Source: Fimbriimonadales bacterium (GTDB lineage Bacteria > Armatimonadota > Fimbriimonadia > Fimbriimonadales > JABRVX01). From it: a stretch of DNA of 64,000 bases. Below are positions 59,862 to 64,000 of this stretch, piece by piece. Location of the stretch: contig BTVI01000015.1 in assembly GCA_045862955.1 (NCBI GenBank), forward strand, positions 12,298 to 76,297, read 5' to 3'. The position numbers were made by a program, and so were the translations under genes. The notes under the pieces are model-generated. The model was not told the origin of the DNA. It saw only the letters and a program-made list of their open reading frames with translations, and did no database searches. Each line of letters starts with the position of its first letter. Position 1 is the first letter of the stretch.

Positions 59862-61442
59862 CTACTCGGCAGGCGACGCATCCGCCTGCTTCGTCGGTGC
59901 GTGCGGCGTGTCCTTCGCGTCTTCGCCGAGCTTCGGCGCCTTCCGGACCAGCTCGCCTAGGTTCACCCCAGTCATCGCCTCCAGCACCGGTGGCACCTGT
60001 GCCATCATCTGCGTCACCTCGGAGGTGATGCGGCTAGCACCTACCCCGTCGCTACCACCGCCCACCAGCACGATCTTCTCCACCTTGCTCAACGGCGAAG
60101 CGACCGCCTGCGCGATCACCGGCAGCTTCTCTATGAACATGCTCGCAACGGCGGCCTCGTTGTACTGGCGGAATGCCGCAGCCTGCCGGTCCATCGCCTC
60201 GGCTTCTGCGAGGCCCTTGGCCTTCACGGCGTCCGCTTCGGCAAGGCCTTTGGCGCGGATCATCTCCGCCTCTGCGAAGCCCTGGGCCTTCACCACGTCG
60301 GCCTGTGCGAGGCCGCGCTGTCGGTTGGCCTCCGCCTCTGCAGTTCCGGCCAGCTTCGTCGCTTCCGCCTGACCTTCCGCGGTGGTCTTCAGCCGGTATT
60401 GCTCGGCAGCCGCGAGCTGCTCGATGCGCTGGCGCTCTGCGATGGCGGGTTTCTCTACCAGCGCTTCTAGCTCCAGCTCCTTGCGCCGGATCTCCTCCTG
60501 CTGTAGCTCGACCTGCTTCTGTTTCTCGACGATGTTGACCTGAACTTCCTCCTGCTTCACCTGCTGAGCCATCTTGAACCGCTGCAGGTCGTAAGCTAGG
60601 TCTGCGTTTGCTTTTTCCAGGTTGACCGAACGTGCGTACTCCTGCTGCTTCACCTTGAAGTCGCGCTCGGCCTCGGCTACCTTCGTCTCGGCAGCGAGGC
60701 GCGCGGTCTCGGCTTCCTGCCGCGCCTGTGCGGATCGGATTGCTGCATCTCGGGTAGCCTCTGCCTCCGCAATAGCGGCGTCACGCTTGACCGCCGCGAT
60801 GCGCGGCTTGCCCAGCGCATCCAGATAGCCCTGGGAGTCTCGGATGGAGCGGATCGTGAAGCTGATAACCTCCATGCCCATGTGCTGCAGGTCGCGCGCT
60901 GCGACCTCTTGCACCTTCTGCGCGAACGCCTCGTGCTCCGTGTAAATCTCTTCCACCGACATGGTGGACAGAATCGCGCGAAGGTGGCCGGCAACCGTCT
61001 GGTGCGCGATGAACCGAATGTCGTTCTGGCTTTTCGATAGGAACTGCTCGGCTGCGGTCCGGATGGACACGTCGTCACCGCGCACTTTGATCTGCGCGAC
61101 GCCGTCCACCTGAATCGGCACGCCCTGCTTCGTGTAGAACTCGCTGGACTCCACGTCGAGGGTCATCAGCTCGAGCGACATGATGTCGGCGCGTTCCAGA
61201 ATCGGCAACACCATCTTGCCGCCCCCGCGCACGATCTTGTAGCCCAGCCGCCTCCGCTCGCCCGTGCGAGGGTCTTGGGCGAACTCCCCGCGGAATCCAG
61301 AGATGATCAGCACCTCGTTCGGGCCGACCTTCCTCCACAGCATGATGTTGGCAACGAAGTAGGTGACGAACAGGAAAGCGAACGCCACTCCGCCTCCCAC
61401 CACCCACTTCATCAGAACCGGCAAAGACGCGAACCACTCCAC
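59862..61442 (-). CDS. Flotillin / SPFH domain protein
   Basis: N-terminal TM, VGPNEVLIISG, AAEQFL, GHLRAIL, GYLDALG and AEA-rich coiled coil. Confidence 0.92.
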   Translation of the reverse strand: MEWFASLPVLMKWVVGGGVAFAFLFVTYFVANIMLWRKVGPNEVLIISGFRGEFAQDPRTGERRRLGYKIVRGGGKMVLPILERADIMSLELMTLDVESSEFYTKQGVPIQVDGVAQIKVRGDDVSIRTAAEQFLSKSQNDIRFIAHQTVAGHLRAILSTMSVEEIYTEHEAFAQKVQEVAARDLQHMGMEVISFTIRSIRDSQGYLDALGKPRIAAVKRDAAIAEAEATRDAAIRSAQARQEAETARLAAETKVAEAERDFKVKQQEYARSVNLEKANADLAYDLQRFKMAQQVKQEEVQVNIVEKQKQVELQQEEIRRKELELEALVEKPAIAERQRIEQLAAAEQYRLKTTAEGQAEATKLAGTAEAEANRQRGLAQADVVKAQGFAEAEMIRAKGLAEADAVKAKGLAEAEAMDRQAAAFRQYNEAAVASMFIEKLPVIAQAVASPLSKVEKIVLVGGGSDGVGASRITSEVTQMMAQVPPVLEAMTGVNLGELVRKAPKLGEDAKDTPHAPTKQADASPAE

Positions 61443-61514
61443 TTCGGCTTCCTCCTTCCGCCGCCTCTCTGCAGCGAAACCGTGCGAAACAACTACTAGT
61501 GACGGTACCTCGGC

Positions 61515-62213
61515 CTAGTCCCCGAGGAGACCCGGCCCCGAACCCTCGTCGAAGAGCGTCACGAAAGCGACACCATCCTCGATCCGCTCGATCATCACCC
61601 GGGCGCCGACCGGAAGTGCGGCGTCGGCCCGTGCGGGATAGGACATCCGTGCTCCCGCCGCGAAAACGGTTACCTGCCCGAAACCTCGCTCCGGGATGGT
61701 CGTCGTGACATCTGCGATGCGGCCGACCATTCTGCTTACCAACTCGTGGCTAGAGTGCGACCCTGCGGCTAGGCACCTCCCAACCAGCTTTGCGGTTCCT
61801 CTGCTCAGCAGGAACCCGGCGGGAATCGCGAGAATCACCGCGAGCGCCGGAAACACCCCGATGGCTCGAAGGCCTAGACCGAAGAGCCCGAAGTAGGCAA
61901 CGCTCATGGCCAACGCGACCGGGCTGAGATAGCTCAGCGCCACTCCCGCCAGACCGAGCTGCGAGACCCCGCCGTTCCAGTGCGAGGAGCCTGCATCACC
62001 CGCATCACCCGCGTGTGCGCCGGAGCCGGCGTGCGCGCCGCCCGCGTCCACGTAGCCCATGTCGGTGCCGACGTCGGCGCCAGCGTCTCCGTGATGCCCG
62101 CCGCCGGTCACATCCAGCATGGCGTGACCGAGCGCTCCCACGAGCGCGGCAATCGCTAGGACACCTGATCCGACGATCAGGGCAGCCACGAAAACTTGAT
62201 CGATCGGCGTCAT
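61515..62213 (-). CDS. NfeD-like membrane protein (flotillin partner, YuaF-like)
   Basis: TM helices, His/Gly/Asp-rich loop, C-terminal OB fold (VG..A.V...I...G.G.V); directly upstream of flotillin. Confidence 0.8.
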   Translation of the reverse strand: MTPIDQVFVAALIVGSGVLAIAALVGALGHAMLDVTGGGHHGDAGADVGTDMGYVDAGGAHAGSGAHAGDAGDAGSSHWNGGVSQLGLAGVALSYLSPVALAMSVAYFGLFGLGLRAIGVFPALAVILAIPAGFLLSRGTAKLVGRCLAAGSHSSHELVSRMVGRIADVTTTIPERGFGQVTVFAAGARMSYPARADAALPVGARVMIERIEDGVAFVTLFDEGSGPGLLGD

Positions 62214-62299
62214 CTGCGGCTCCTCGGTCGAAGACCGTCGAGGATCATACATCGTCGAGGATCATACATCAGAGACGGATTCGCGGTTGCAAAGTAGAG

Positions 62300-62321
62300 A
62301 GGCCCGGCACGCGCCGGGCCT
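62300..62321 (-). terminator. Terminator-like hairpin upstream of nfeD-flotillin
   Basis: AGGCCCGGC/GCCGGGCCT stem followed by CTCTACTTT on the minus strand. Confidence 0.55.
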
Positions 62322-62587
62322 GCTGTGCTAGGAAGGAGAGGGTTCTCCCCTGGGACCACCGGGAGTACTAGGACAACAATAGCGTCTTTGCCTTGCCCGG
62401 CACACCCGAAGCAAAACACGACGGCTTCCTCAGCCGTCGCGTGCTGCGTCCCGGTATTATAACACGGACCTATTCCGATTGCCAGGAGCGAATCGGAATA
62501 TCGCGAGAAACGGAATCCTGTCGGTCTTTTGGGCGCGGCTGCAATGAACCTGGCATCCGCCATGCTTCGTCCAGCGTCCCGGTCGGT

Positions 62588-64000
62588 TCCATGCCTAGAC
62601 GTTTTGGCTGCCGTCTGCCACCACGCTCTCACCCAGCGACCCCCCGAGCAGCCGAACGTCGAGGCACCCGGGGCCAGAGGCTGGTGACGGCCCCCCTCAC
62701 CCCAACCCTCTCCCCCGCGAACGGGGGAGAGGGAGGGGCGATTCCTATGCCTCACCCCTGGCAGAGGATGGGGCACTGGTGACGTCATGCTGAGCCTGTC
62801 GAAGCATGGGACCGCCGACCGCAAGTTTCCATGCCTAGACGTTTCGGCTGTCGTCTGCCGCCAAGCCCTCATGCAGCGACCCCCCGAGCAGCCGAACGTC
62901 GAGGCACCCGAGGTCAGGGGCTGGTTTTCCTATGCCTCACCCCTGGCAGAGGATGGGGCACTGGCGACGTCATGCCGAGCCTGTCGAAGCATGGGACCGC
63001 CGGCCGCACGTCCCCGCCTGGACGTCTCCATGCCCTTTCCATGCCTAGACGTTTCGGCTGTCGTCTGCCGCCAGGCTCTCATCCAGCGACCCCGCGAGCA
63101 GCCGAACGTCGAGGCACCCGAGGTCAGGGGCTGGTTTTCCTATGTCTCACCCCTGGCAGAGGATGGGGCACTGGTGACGTCATGCTGAGCCTGTCGAAGC
63201 ATGGGACCGCCGGCCGCACGTCCCCGCCTAGACGTTTTGGCTGCCGTCTGCCGCCAAGCTCTCATCCAGCAACCACCCGAGCAGCCGAACGTCGAGGCAC
63301 CGAAAGCCAGGGGCTGGTGATGCCCCCCTCACCCCAACCCTCTCCCCCGCGAACGGGGGAGAGGGAGGGCGATTCCATGCCCCGGCCCGCGTCCGCCAAG
63401 CTAGGGCATGCTTCGACAAGCTCAGCATGACGCGGCAAAGGGCATGTTGTCTGCCCTCACCACTTTCATATCTCTAACCACCTGCAAAGCATGAGTCACT
63501 AGCGACGTCATGCTGAGCCTGTCGAAGCATGGGACCGCCGGCCGCACGTCCCCGCCTGGACGTCTCCATGCCCTTTCCATGCCTAGACGTTTCGGCTGCC
63601 GCCTGCCCCCACGCTCTCGCCCAGCGACCCCCTGAGCAGCCGAACGTCGAGGCACCAGAGGTCAGGGGGCTGGTCCATGCCTAGACGTTTTGGCTGCCGC
63701 CTGCCGCCGAGATCTGGCCCAGCGACCCCCCGAGCAGCCGAACGTCGAGGCACCGAAAGCCAGGGGCTGGTGATGCCCCCTCACCCCAACCCTCTCCCCC
63801 GCGAACGGGGGAGAGGGAGGGGCGCGACCACCCCCAGCTGCCTCGGCCCGCACATGATCCATGCCTAGACGTTTCCCATGCCCAGACGTTTGTATGTGCC
63901 CCGGCCCGCGTCCGCCAGGCTGCGTCCATGCCTAGACGTTTGCATGCTTCGACAAGCTCAGCATGACGTGACAAAGAGCATGCTCACATCCCTCACCTCA
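62588..64000. repeat. REP/REPIN mosaic array (runs to window end)
   Basis: Same modules as 58794-59830 in the same orientation, with multiple TGCCTAGACGTTTCGGCTG...CAGCCGAACGTCGAGGCA hairpins. Confidence 0.88.

Overview
GC-rich bacterial chromosomal segment. The PEP-CTERM proteins, dockerin-like C-termini and H-X9-DG pseudopilin-like protein suggest a diderm, possibly Armatimonadota (inference only). Most of it is housekeeping: pyrB-pyrC-carA, a sugar ABC transporter, nadA, mnmE, tRNA-Ser(GCT), fabI, pcrA, lgt, galT, pabB, glnA, smpB, an icd-family dehydrogenase, dnaG-rpoD, trxA, cysK with an Rrf2 regulator, and nfeD-flotillin. The notable signals are: (1) a cobalamin-riboswitch-controlled operon of PEP-CTERM protein, BtuH-like protein and H-X9-DG pseudopilin-like protein, with no BtuB or BtuFCD in the window; (2) a compact single-domain NAD+-I (nadA-motif)-like riboswitch; (3) an ANTAR-type dual-hairpin/terminator leader before glnA; (4) two strongly promoted PEP-CTERM paralogs with cohesin-like sequence patterns, together with dockerin-tailed secreted proteins; (5) a decaying 3-gene accessory operon with six in-frame stops that hides a ~659-codon PKD/Ig/transglutaminase-like gene; (6) large mosaic arrays of REP/REPIN-like palindromes. 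No CRISPR array, integrase or transposase was seen. All assignments come from reading motifs by eye; no database searches were run.
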